Below, in pieces: positions 46,336-54,485 of a stretch of DNA of 64,000 nt (the stretch's first letter is position 1; each line of letters begins with the position of its first letter). The position numbers were made by a program, and so were the translations under genes. The DNA comes from an uncultured Methanosarcinales archaeon (lineage in GTDB: Archaea; Nanobdellota; Nanobdellia; Woesearchaeales; SM23-78). A model generated the notes under the pieces. The model saw only the letters and a program-made list of their open reading frames with translations, ran no database searches and was not told the DNA's origin. The stretch is taken from the NCBI GenBank assembly GCA_964354085.1, contig CAYGYA010000017.1:961-64960 (forward strand), in the 5' to 3' direction.

Positions 46336-46778
46336 ACAAGCTTATTTCTTTTGTCAAAGAGTTAACAAAATCAGAAGTTAAAGAGCTTAATAGCTCAGAG
46401 AGAATTGGCAGGAAATACTTTTGCATGAGCAAAGAATTAAAGCAGTTAAAGGACAGCATAAAGCTTGAGCCTTATTCTGCAGGAATATTCCTGGGAGAAT
46501 TAAAGAACAACAAGTTCATGCCCAGCATTGCTCTCCTTGACATCCTTGCAAACTATACAGACAAGAAGCTTTTCATAAACGAGAAAGGGCAGACAATGTT
46601 CCTTTATGGCAGAGATGTTTTCCCAGAGAACTTTGAAAAGTGCAGTGTTAATGAAGGCATTTGCCTTGTGCTTAATGAAGAGAATGAAGTGCTTGGCTAT
46701 GGAGAGCTTAAAAAAGACAAAAAAATAATTTTAAAACATATTCTTGACAGAGGAGACTTTCTCAGGAGGGAGCCCTAG
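46332..46778 (+). CDS. nip7: NIP7-like ribosome-biogenesis protein with PUA domain
   Basis: EPYSAGIFLGELKNNKFMPSIALLDILA, FLYGRDVF and LVLNEENEVLGYGELK follow the archaeal NIP7/UPF0113 pattern. ATGA overlap with the upstream gene. Confidence 0.7.
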   Translation: MNKLISFVKELTKSEVKELNSSERIGRKYFCMSKELKQLKDSIKLEPYSAGIFLGELKNNKFMPSIALLDILANYTDKKLFINEKGQTMFLYGRDVFPENFEKCSVNEGICLVLNEENEVLGYGELKKDKKIILKHILDRGDFLRREP

Positions 46779-47825
46779 CTATTTATTTTTGCCCTTTCCC
46801 CTACCATTCCTCTTGCCAACCACTTTTTTTCTTGACTCTTTCTCATACTTGTGCATAGTCCTTAATATGCTCGAGTCACTGATAGTCATCCCGTTAGTCT
46901 TGCTCTTCAAGTTCTCTTTAATCTCCTTGTAAGACTTGCCAGCAAGATAGTCATTGATAAGCTTCTCTTTTGCACCGAATTTGGTAGAAATGGTGTTATC
47001 ATATTTTCCTCTCGTATAACTCATGCCCGCGTCAAGGCTTAATGCAACCCTGTCAGTAATATCTGAGTAACTGTTAATGCCAGAATAGCCTTTCTTTGCT
47101 GCTTCATTAATAATCCATTTAGTCTTGTAGCCATTGTTGTACATCTCTGCAACCTTTATTGAGTCATCAAGATATTTCTGGTCAGCATTCTGGAGCAGGT
47201 TTTCAAGATAAGTATTCTTGTGTAAAGGTGTTTTCTGCTGGCTTGCCACTTGTTGCTTAGCTTGCGCAGATGCTGGTGCATAGCTCTGGATAATCTTATC
47301 ATTGTCGTACACATCAACCTTGATATCATAGGATGAGTTTATGCTTTTCACTTTTTGCTTGAAATCATTCACCAGGTCATCAAGTCCAGCACTTCTGGCT
47401 GGCGCAACAGGAGATGTTGCTTTTGGTGTTTGCTTTGGTTGCGGTGCAGGTGTTGCAGCTGGCGTTGCTGGTTGGTATGCGGGCTTTTGTGCAGCACTTG
47501 CTGAGGTTCCTGCTGGTTTGCCTCCTTGTGCACTTGGCTTGGCGCCATACTGTCCTTTTCCATTACCCCCTCCTTTGCTAGAAGCATATGCCTTGTTCAA
47601 TGGTTCTAAGATTGAAGGGCTGATTCTAACTTTGCTTTTCATATCATCCCAGATGTCATGCAAGACTTGATTCACAATCCCTCCTATCTTTTCAACTATC
47701 ACGTCGCTGTTCCTATCTAGATAGTCTGGTATGCCTTTGATACTTTTATAAGCACCCATTACTTGCTTAACTCCTTCTTCAAATTCTTTTACTCCTGGAA
47801 TTAACCTATAATTGAATCCTGTCAT
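46779..47825 (-). CDS. Hypothetical protein with central P/A/Q low-complexity linker and basic C-terminal HTH-like region
   Basis: The central stretch AQKPAYQPATPAATPAPQPKQTPKATSPVAPA is locally GC-rich. C-terminus is GKSYKEIKENLKSKTNGMTISDSSILRTMHKYEKESRKK. It is the last gene of the 47.8-55.7 kb operon (3-nt spacer). Confidence 0.45.
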   Translation of the reverse strand: MTGFNYRLIPGVKEFEEGVKQVMGAYKSIKGIPDYLDRNSDVIVEKIGGIVNQVLHDIWDDMKSKVRISPSILEPLNKAYASSKGGGNGKGQYGAKPSAQGGKPAGTSASAAQKPAYQPATPAATPAPQPKQTPKATSPVAPARSAGLDDLVNDFKQKVKSINSSYDIKVDVYDNDKIIQSYAPASAQAKQQVASQQKTPLHKNTYLENLLQNADQKYLDDSIKVAEMYNNGYKTKWIINEAAKKGYSGINSYSDITDRVALSLDAGMSYTRGKYDNTISTKFGAKEKLINDYLAGKSYKEIKENLKSKTNGMTISDSSILRTMHKYEKESRKKVVGKRNGRGKGKNK

Positions 47826-47828
47826 TTT

Positions 47829-48353
47829 TTATCCTCCTCCTGTCTTGAATAATCCTTTAATTATTCTTAATGATTCTTTGACTAGGCTATTTGTGATGGC
47901 TCCTTTGGCCAGGGTGATGATTTCTTCCAGATTAGAATTTTTTTGCTCTAATGCTGATAATTCCTCGCCATTCACAAGAATCATCTTATGATGCTCAGCA
48001 TATCTTTTTGCCCTCTCAGAATAACCTGTGTCACTCACCATGAGGCGAACGACGTTAAAGCCATTATAGTTATTTAGCTTGTGGTCGAACTCTTTCACCT
48101 CTCCAAGGCCAACATCATTATCAGGGTTAAAATGTGATTTGCATTCTATTATGTAGTATTGCCTATTCTGATGATTATACATAACAACATCATATTCTCT
48201 TCTTACAGCAAAATCCCTGTAAGGATGATTGTTTTTGTTCCACTGGTTCTTTTCTACCAGAGCATAGCCTCGCTTATTAAGGGCTTTTACTACTCTCCCT
48301 TCAAGTGAGCGTCCAAGCTCTACAGGATTTTGATATTGGTTGTTTTGCTTCAT
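47829..48353 (-). CDS. PD-(D/E)xK restriction-endonuclease-fold protein (Mrr-cat/NERD-like)
   Basis: GRSLEGRVVKALNKRGY ... EYDVVMY...YYIIECKSH gives a D...ExK catalytic arrangement. Confidence 0.65.
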   Translation of the reverse strand: MKQNNQYQNPVELGRSLEGRVVKALNKRGYALVEKNQWNKNNHPYRDFAVRREYDVVMYNHQNRQYYIIECKSHFNPDNDVGLGEVKEFDHKLNNYNGFNVVRLMVSDTGYSERAKRYAEHHKMILVNGEELSALEQKNSNLEEIITLAKGAITNSLVKESLRIIKGLFKTGGG

Positions 48354-48429
48354 TTTCCCTAATGACTCCTTCTTTCTTTACTCCATTTATCATCAAAAAT
48401 AAAAAAATAAAAAATAATTTTGTGCAAGC

Positions 48430-48690
48430 TTATTGCTGGCCAGTATTTTTAGGTACGTATCCCATTTTTTGCTTGGCATAGTCAGTTGCTTTCTTGAACC
48501 CGCCATTCTCAATTACCTTTGCTATGAGATAACCAATCCCAGCTCCGATTGCTGTATACAATGTTTTCTTTGGATGGTTGCGGACTGTATCTTCAAGCGA
48601 ATGCCCTGCTATATAGCCTGCGCCAGCGCCTATTGCTGTGTTCCTTATCCTGTTTCTCTTAACAGCGTTCTCATCTATTTTTTCATCCAT
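48430..48690 (-). CDS. Glycine-zipper small membrane protein
   Basis: AIGAGAGYIAG and AIGAGIGYLIA are GxxxG-type zipper helices. Confidence 0.6.
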   Translation of the reverse strand: MDEKIDENAVKRNRIRNTAIGAGAGYIAGHSLEDTVRNHPKKTLYTAIGAGIGYLIAKVIENGGFKKATDYAKQKMGYVPKNTGQQ

Positions 48691-48693
48691 TTT

Positions 48694-49080
48694 TTATGCA
48701 CCTCCTCCTTGTTGTTTAGTTGGTTGCTCGCCAGCTTTTTGCTGGCTTGAGTAGTACATCTTTGCCTGTCCTGCTTTTTTTCCAATCACATAACCCAGAA
48801 GAGCTCCTAATAATGCTCCTCCCCCTGTTCCTATGAGCTTGTTCTTTTTGCTGTCAGGCACTTTGCCATCAATTACCACGTCTGTAACTAGGTAGCCGGC
48901 AGTGCTTCCTCCTGCAGTTCCTATAACAGCTCCAAGGACACTGGATTTTTTCTTTTCACTCCAGTCATCTCTTGTCTTGACATACTTGCTAGCAAGATAG
49001 CTAGTCACTGCTACTCCTATACCGCCGATTGAAACGTGTTTTATTCCATCATAAAGTTTCATTTTCATTCCTCCATTCAT
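48694..49080 (-). CDS. Glycine-zipper membrane protein (three zipper helices)
   Basis: IGGIGVAVTSYLA, GAVIGTAGGSTAGYLV and GTGGGALLGALLGYVIG. The ATG at 49080 overlaps the upstream stop (ATGA). Confidence 0.6.
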   Translation of the reverse strand: MNGGMKMKLYDGIKHVSIGGIGVAVTSYLASKYVKTRDDWSEKKKSSVLGAVIGTAGGSTAGYLVTDVVIDGKVPDSKKNKLIGTGGGALLGALLGYVIGKKAGQAKMYYSSQQKAGEQPTKQQGGGA

Positions 49081-49712
49081 CCTTTCCAAATCTTTTCCTT
49101 GAACTGCTTTAGCCACTGCAATCCTCTGTAAACAAAGTAGCCTGAAACATCATTTCTTACTTCATCCATTACGCCCTTTGGATTGCCAAGAATAAAGCCA
49201 GTGCAGGCTTCTGTTTTTTCTAGAAGCTCTTTGTCAGTGCCGTCAAAAAGAGTGCCTCTTACCTGTTTCCATAATTCTCCGAACTGGTACTTTAAGTAGT
49301 CAGGCATTGCTTTGAGAATATCATCAACAGGAACCTTGTCAGTAGGATTATTGCTGCTTGGTTTTTGCGCAGAGTTAAGCTTTCTTAGCAACTCATCAAG
49401 ACTTTCTTGTTCAGTACTTTTCTTGCCATTATTATTGGCATTAGCTTCAACTCCGGGGCTAACATCACTCCCAGCATTGCTGCTTGCATAATTATTGTTA
49501 GGAGCCTCATCAATGCCAGGAGCATTTGTTGGCTCAGCAACAGGAGGAGTATAATTATTATCTTTTAGCTTGGAATCAAGCCCGTTCTCAACTATGTTCT
49601 TCCTTATCCTCTCAAACTTCTTTTCCTCAGGCTTCTTGCCCTGGCTATAGTTAGCCTTGCTGTCTTTGGTCTCATCTTCATACATCCAAAAGTATTTTTC
49701 AGTGCGGTTCAT
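49077..49712 (-). CDS. Hypothetical protein (211 aa), low-complexity N/S/P-rich middle
   Basis: ATGA overlap with the vWA gene stop (49709-49712). No motif recognised. Confidence 0.45.
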   Translation of the reverse strand: MNRTEKYFWMYEDETKDSKANYSQGKKPEEKKFERIRKNIVENGLDSKLKDNNYTPPVAEPTNAPGIDEAPNNNYASSNAGSDVSPGVEANANNNGKKSTEQESLDELLRKLNSAQKPSSNNPTDKVPVDDILKAMPDYLKYQFGELWKQVRGTLFDGTDKELLEKTEACTGFILGNPKGVMDEVRNDVSGYFVYRGLQWLKQFKEKIWKG

Positions 49713-51499
49713 ATATTAATCACCCCGGATTTTGTCAGGTCTTTGATTATAACTCCAGGAATGTCTTCTTCTTTCCTGATATTGTAGAATGCAATCTTGC
49801 TCTTGTCGCTCAGGTGCTGCATTTTCTGCGCGCTTCTTGACCTGGAGCTTCCATCTATGTAGAGAATGCTTATCCTGTTGGTGTTTGACTTGTCGTTCAG
49901 GTTATTCATCACAGAATCAAGATTGTATATGCCTCCGTCTGTTATGAGGATAATGTCTGCTTCTTTTTTTGTGCTTGAAACAAGCTTGTCAATTGCTTCT
50001 CCATCTAGTTCTGTGCCGCCATCCTGGTAATGAATCAGGTTTGAGGCTATTTTAGTATAATCTCTTGAGAATCCATAGGCATATGTTTGGCTGCTGAAAT
50101 TAACCACGCCAATCCTGCTTCCTTTTTTCAGGTATTCCTTGGCTGCGCAGAAAGCTCCAAGAACAGCATTTGATTTTGCTTCAGCAGGATTAGTCATGCT
50201 GCCAGAAGAATCTATCATCAGGATTAGATCGGGGGTTATTTTTGACTTTTGCTTTCCTACAGGGCCACCAGAATAATTAATTGCCTTTGTTATACTAGGC
50301 ATGAACTTCCCATAACTGTTAAAAACATCAATATCATTGAGAGGATTATCAGCTTCCCAGGGCTTTAAGCCTGACCTTTTACTTTCCTTGCCTGAAAAAA
50401 GTGATTCTTTGTCATTAATTCTTATTGGATAATATTCTGCAAGAATGGAATAGTATTCAATGAGCGGGTCCAAGCTTTTTCTTGGCTCTTGGTTTTGTAC
50501 TCTTCCTCTTCCCTTTCCTATCCATTGGTTTTCCTTATTCTCTTCCTTTGCTATTTCTTCTTCTGTTTTCTTAACAAAGTCAGAAATCACAACAAATTCT
50601 GAAGGCTCATCGCTTTCCTCTGCTATTTCCCTCAAAGCCCTTCTTATCTCGTTCTTATCATATGCTCTTATGCCGAACTTGTCCAAGCCTGTTAATGAAT
50701 AGGTTTGTGCTCTAGAACCTCGGCCATTGTATCTGCCACGCCCATTGCCTTTTCCATTACCTATGCCATTTCTCCCTCCCCCACTGAAGTCAGGCTCATT
50801 TTCATCAAGAAGCTCATGCACAATCTCTGCAAAGCGCTCAAGATTCTTAATAAGAACCTTATCATCTCTTTGCGTGAACATAATCTTTTCAAGCTCTAAA
50901 AGCTTGGGCTTTAGTTCTGCAGGTAATGGTAGTGTGTTGAAGTCAAATCCTGTTTTTGATTGATAAACATGGCTTAGCAGCAGGTCAACTCTAGAATCCT
51001 TGCTTAGATTTTTGTAAATATAATAAATGTCTTTGTTGTTCTTGTTAAGCATCAAGTCCAGGTTCAGGCTTACGTCAAGGAAATAATTAGTAACAGCATC
51101 TTTTTTGTCACCGCATATCTGGGATGCTTTGTGGAGCATTCTAAGCAAGTTCTTTAAGTCCCATGGTATGTCTTTGTAATGCCCTGCTTCATGGCTGAGT
51201 ATGCCTTTGAAAATAGACTCGTAGCCCATACCTTTTGCTGACAAGAAATCAACAAAACCCTTATTGATTGTAATCTGATGGTCCTGCATGTTAATGCACG
51301 CAGTTGATGTGCTTGAATCTTCTTTTATCTGAGGAGGAGGAAGCTCATAACAGTAGAGTTTGCCTTGCACTTCTTCCCATGCTTTGTCAAGAGCAGTTTC
51401 TAATGATATTAGATAGGGCTTGGCTTGGTGAGCAGGGTTAGCTCTGTTACTCTTTCCAAAATTCCTGAATATCTTGTCAAAAATAAATTCTTCTATCAT
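49709..51499 (-). CDS. HExxH metallopeptidase-like domain fused to a von Willebrand factor A domain (DUF2201-like partner of MoxR ATPases)
   Basis: GILSHEAGHY (about nt 51180-51200). G/R/N-rich linker GGGRNGIGNGKGNGRGRYNGRGSR. vWA MIDAS LILMIDSSGSMT (about nt 50195-50221), with downstream TDG. Confidence 0.75.
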   Translation of the reverse strand: MIEEFIFDKIFRNFGKSNRANPAHQAKPYLISLETALDKAWEEVQGKLYCYELPPPQIKEDSSTSTACINMQDHQITINKGFVDFLSAKGMGYESIFKGILSHEAGHYKDIPWDLKNLLRMLHKASQICGDKKDAVTNYFLDVSLNLDLMLNKNNKDIYYIYKNLSKDSRVDLLLSHVYQSKTGFDFNTLPLPAELKPKLLELEKIMFTQRDDKVLIKNLERFAEIVHELLDENEPDFSGGGRNGIGNGKGNGRGRYNGRGSRAQTYSLTGLDKFGIRAYDKNEIRRALREIAEESDEPSEFVVISDFVKKTEEEIAKEENKENQWIGKGRGRVQNQEPRKSLDPLIEYYSILAEYYPIRINDKESLFSGKESKRSGLKPWEADNPLNDIDVFNSYGKFMPSITKAINYSGGPVGKQKSKITPDLILMIDSSGSMTNPAEAKSNAVLGAFCAAKEYLKKGSRIGVVNFSSQTYAYGFSRDYTKIASNLIHYQDGGTELDGEAIDKLVSSTKKEADIILITDGGIYNLDSVMNNLNDKSNTNRISILYIDGSSRSRSAQKMQHLSDKSKIAFYNIRKEEDIPGVIIKDLTKSGVINI

Positions 51500-51505
51500 T
51501 TTTTA

Positions 51506-52840
51506 TCATCCTTTTCCTTTCAGGTAATCATAAAATACAGGGTGGTCTATTTGCTTGGCAAGCTTTTTAGCATCCTCAACCTGGTTTTTCCTTAACAGCG
51601 TAATCATCTCATACTGGTCATTTTTTATCTTTGAGAACCTGTCAACCATTTCTCCCACAGCTTCTTTTGTGATGTGCAAATAAGCAAAGTCTGTTCTTTC
51701 ATCATCCTTGAACTTCTTGACGAATTCAGGAGTAAAGTCTATCTTGTGCCATAGAAAAACAGGCTCAAGAGTGATAAGGTGCTTGGTGCTTATCTCGCTG
51801 TCACCCAGAAGCCAGGCAAGTGCCTGGGCATACTTTATTTCTGCTCTCTGGTTTCTTCCAGAGTCACTATTGTTTTTCTTGCCGCAAAGAAAGTCTTTGT
51901 AATGGCATCCCGAATAGCATTCCTCGCCAGATCTCTTTTTCCCAAATCTCATGCACGAGGTAAGCTCTGCCCTGAAAACATCATAGAGCAGGTCTGCTTC
52001 TGGGCTTATCTTAATATTGGTTATTTGGTCCCTGACTTCTTCGAGTTCCTGTGATGTTAAAAGCTCAAGCCCTGTCTTTGCTTCAATTATTTTTTTGAAC
52101 TTGTCCTGCAGAACCTGGGTCTTCTGGATTTTCTCCTCATAAGGCTCGTCTGATTTTAGCACTGCATACATTTCTTTTTCTATCTGGCTATCATTGAGTA
52201 TGTGCTCTCCCAGTTTTCTGCGGGCGCCAAGCATGTTGTGGCGTATGAGCCTGTAATCATTACCGTCTGGCTGGTCAAAAGCTACTGCTATCTCAAACCT
52301 GTCACGAACAGCCTGGCCAAGCGGGTAACCATTAGGGTCATTTGGATTAGACATTGCAAACAATGAATAATCTCCTGTTGGTATCATCTCATTAAGATAA
52401 TTCCAGTTTCCTCTGTCCAATCCTTCTAATACCAAGTTTTGCTTGTCAGGCTTGGTCTTGTTGAACTCATCAAAAATCTTTGGCTCAAGAGTAACAAATA
52501 AAGACCAGTGCACCTTCTCATTTCCTTTGTTTAACTCGCCGAAGTTAAGCCTTCCAATAATCTTTTCAATAGTAAGCTCATCACTTCCTTTGATAGAGCT
52601 TGACACAAGCACTTTTTGTGGTATGCCGTATGTAAAGCTAAGAAGGTATTCTGCAACACTGGTTTTTCCATCTCCAGGCTCTCCTATTGATAGCTGTTTT
52701 CCCTTGTTAATGCATGTAAGCATGCTTAGCAGCAGGTTTGAGTTGAACTTGTCTTTGCCAATTGAAAAATTTGGAGAGCAAAAAAACAGGTTGTTGCTTA
52801 TATAATCACAGCACCTTAACAGCTTTTCTTGCGGGAACAT
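51506..52840 (-). CDS. MoxR-like AAA+ ATPase with Cys-rich C-terminal extension
   Basis: Walker A GEPGDGKTS. Walker B IFDEFNK. MoxR-type block NLVLEGLDRGNWNY...FAMSNPNDPNGYPLGQAVRDRFEIAV. Cys cluster CMRFGKKRSGEECYSGCHYKDFLCG. The ATG at 52840 abuts the upstream TAA and follows the SD GGAGGCAGAGGTGAT. Confidence 0.8.
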   Translation of the reverse strand: MFPQEKLLRCCDYISNNLFFCSPNFSIGKDKFNSNLLLSMLTCINKGKQLSIGEPGDGKTSVAEYLLSFTYGIPQKVLVSSSIKGSDELTIEKIIGRLNFGELNKGNEKVHWSLFVTLEPKIFDEFNKTKPDKQNLVLEGLDRGNWNYLNEMIPTGDYSLFAMSNPNDPNGYPLGQAVRDRFEIAVAFDQPDGNDYRLIRHNMLGARRKLGEHILNDSQIEKEMYAVLKSDEPYEEKIQKTQVLQDKFKKIIEAKTGLELLTSQELEEVRDQITNIKISPEADLLYDVFRAELTSCMRFGKKRSGEECYSGCHYKDFLCGKKNNSDSGRNQRAEIKYAQALAWLLGDSEISTKHLITLEPVFLWHKIDFTPEFVKKFKDDERTDFAYLHITKEAVGEMVDRFSKIKNDQYEMITLLRKNQVEDAKKLAKQIDHPVFYDYLKGKG

Positions 52841-52841
52841 A

Positions 52842-54479
52842 TTAATCACCTCTGCCTCCTGTTCTGTAATGGTTTTTTTGGAGAAAATCATTCTTGCTTA
52901 GAACATCTCTATCGAGGTTAGTGCTTATCTCAACCCTGGGTGGAGGCGTTATGTTTGATGATGCTTGAGATGATTCAGCAAGCCCTCCCCATCCAGCAAA
53001 GGCCCCATCATAGGTTTGGTTAACATACTCAATTACTTCCTTGTCTTCTGGAATTGAGCCATAAGGATAAGCAAAAATATTCTTGACCAGAATGGCTTTG
53101 TCTCCAAGATAATATTCTAATGCTGTTCTTAGCCTAGCCTCTTCTTTTTTTACATCATTAATAGAACCCCTTCTCATATCTGGGTGAGAGTAGGTATGCT
53201 TGCATACTTCAAAACCTTCTTTAAGCAGATAATTGAGCTTTAGCTTTACAAGGCTTTCCTGGATAAAAGGCGCTTCTTCCTTATGATACTGGTCTACAAA
53301 ATCAATAAAGAATGATGCTTTCTTGCCAAAATCAGGGCGCTTGCTGTAGAAATCCATTAATATGCCAATTGCGCAGTCAGGATCTATTACAGGATTGCCG
53401 AATTCATCAAATACTAGCTTGTTGTTGTAAGTTGCAAACCTGAATTGTCCTTCATCAGCATCATCAAAAGTTATTACTGCTGGTTTTTTTCCTGGCTTGA
53501 GTGAGCTAAAATCCTGCTTAAGATATTCTTCTGCGCTTATTAGCTGGAAATCATGCTCATACAACTTTTGAAGATGATTCTTGAAATTCTCAGAAGAGAC
53601 AGTGAACCTGTCCTCTGGGGTTCCTATCTTATGATACATTAGAATAGGAACTTTTCCTGACACAAAAGCAGCATCTTCATTCTCAGAAAAATTAATTCTT
53701 TCATAAACAGGAGGCTCATAAGCCTGCTCTACTTTCTGTTCTAAGCCAGGCTTTTGGTTAAATGGATGAATTATTTTTGCCTTGTAAAGCCCTGTTAATC
53801 CTGCTCCTCCGATTAAAATAGAAAGAGCTGCTATTGCTGCTGGCTTAAACGCTTTGCTTCTCCTCTTGTGCAAGTGCAGCTCAAACCCATTCTCTTTTAT
53901 CAGCTCATAATTATTAAGAAAGAATTCGTGCCCAGCATTGTCAATTAGTGTTTTGCTTTGTTTTAAGCTCCTGTACGCAGATATTAATTTTTCTTTTATT
54001 TCGCTTTTTATTCCCAGGGTTTGTTCATTTGCTGGTTCATCTTCATGATTTCTTAGTTCTCTTTTTAGCCTAGAATATTCTAAGGCAATGTTCTTTAAGT
54101 TTCTTCCAGATTCAGTAAACTTATCAGATAGTAGCTTGATTGAGTTATAGGCAGATAAATATTTTTTTGGTCTGACTCTGCCTTTTTCATCCTTGTAATC
54201 AAATGGTCTTTGCTCAAGCCTGTAAGCCAGATTAAGAATTGATAAAGTTCTGCATTCTTCTTGAACTAAATTGGTTCTTGCATTTCCTAGGCTTATTTCT
54301 AATTCAGAAGGAACATCCTCTTTCTGAACTTCAAAGGGGATTTCTTCTTTCTGCATTTCAGAGGGATGATTATCCTCTACAGGATTTGTAACTATTTTTT
54401 CTAGCTCAGGAGTTTTTTTCTCATACTGAGCATTGTTTTCTTTGCTTTTTTTCTTTTCAAATATCCTTAAGCCGAGCAT
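52842..54479 (-). CDS. Bitopic membrane polysaccharide deacetylase (NodB/CE4) with ~215-aa cytoplasmic helical N-domain
   Basis: TM AAIAALSILIGGAGLTGLY. NodB motifs are VPILMYHKIG, AVITFDDADEGQF, CKHTYSHPDM and FAYPYGS. Confidence 0.8.
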   Translation of the reverse strand: MLGLRIFEKKKSKENNAQYEKKTPELEKIVTNPVEDNHPSEMQKEEIPFEVQKEDVPSELEISLGNARTNLVQEECRTLSILNLAYRLEQRPFDYKDEKGRVRPKKYLSAYNSIKLLSDKFTESGRNLKNIALEYSRLKRELRNHEDEPANEQTLGIKSEIKEKLISAYRSLKQSKTLIDNAGHEFFLNNYELIKENGFELHLHKRRSKAFKPAAIAALSILIGGAGLTGLYKAKIIHPFNQKPGLEQKVEQAYEPPVYERINFSENEDAAFVSGKVPILMYHKIGTPEDRFTVSSENFKNHLQKLYEHDFQLISAEEYLKQDFSSLKPGKKPAVITFDDADEGQFRFATYNNKLVFDEFGNPVIDPDCAIGILMDFYSKRPDFGKKASFFIDFVDQYHKEEAPFIQESLVKLKLNYLLKEGFEVCKHTYSHPDMRRGSINDVKKEEARLRTALEYYLGDKAILVKNIFAYPYGSIPEDKEVIEYVNQTYDGAFAGWGGLAESSQASSNITPPPRVEISTNLDRDVLSKNDFLQKNHYRTGGRGD

Positions 54480-54485
54480 TTCCCT

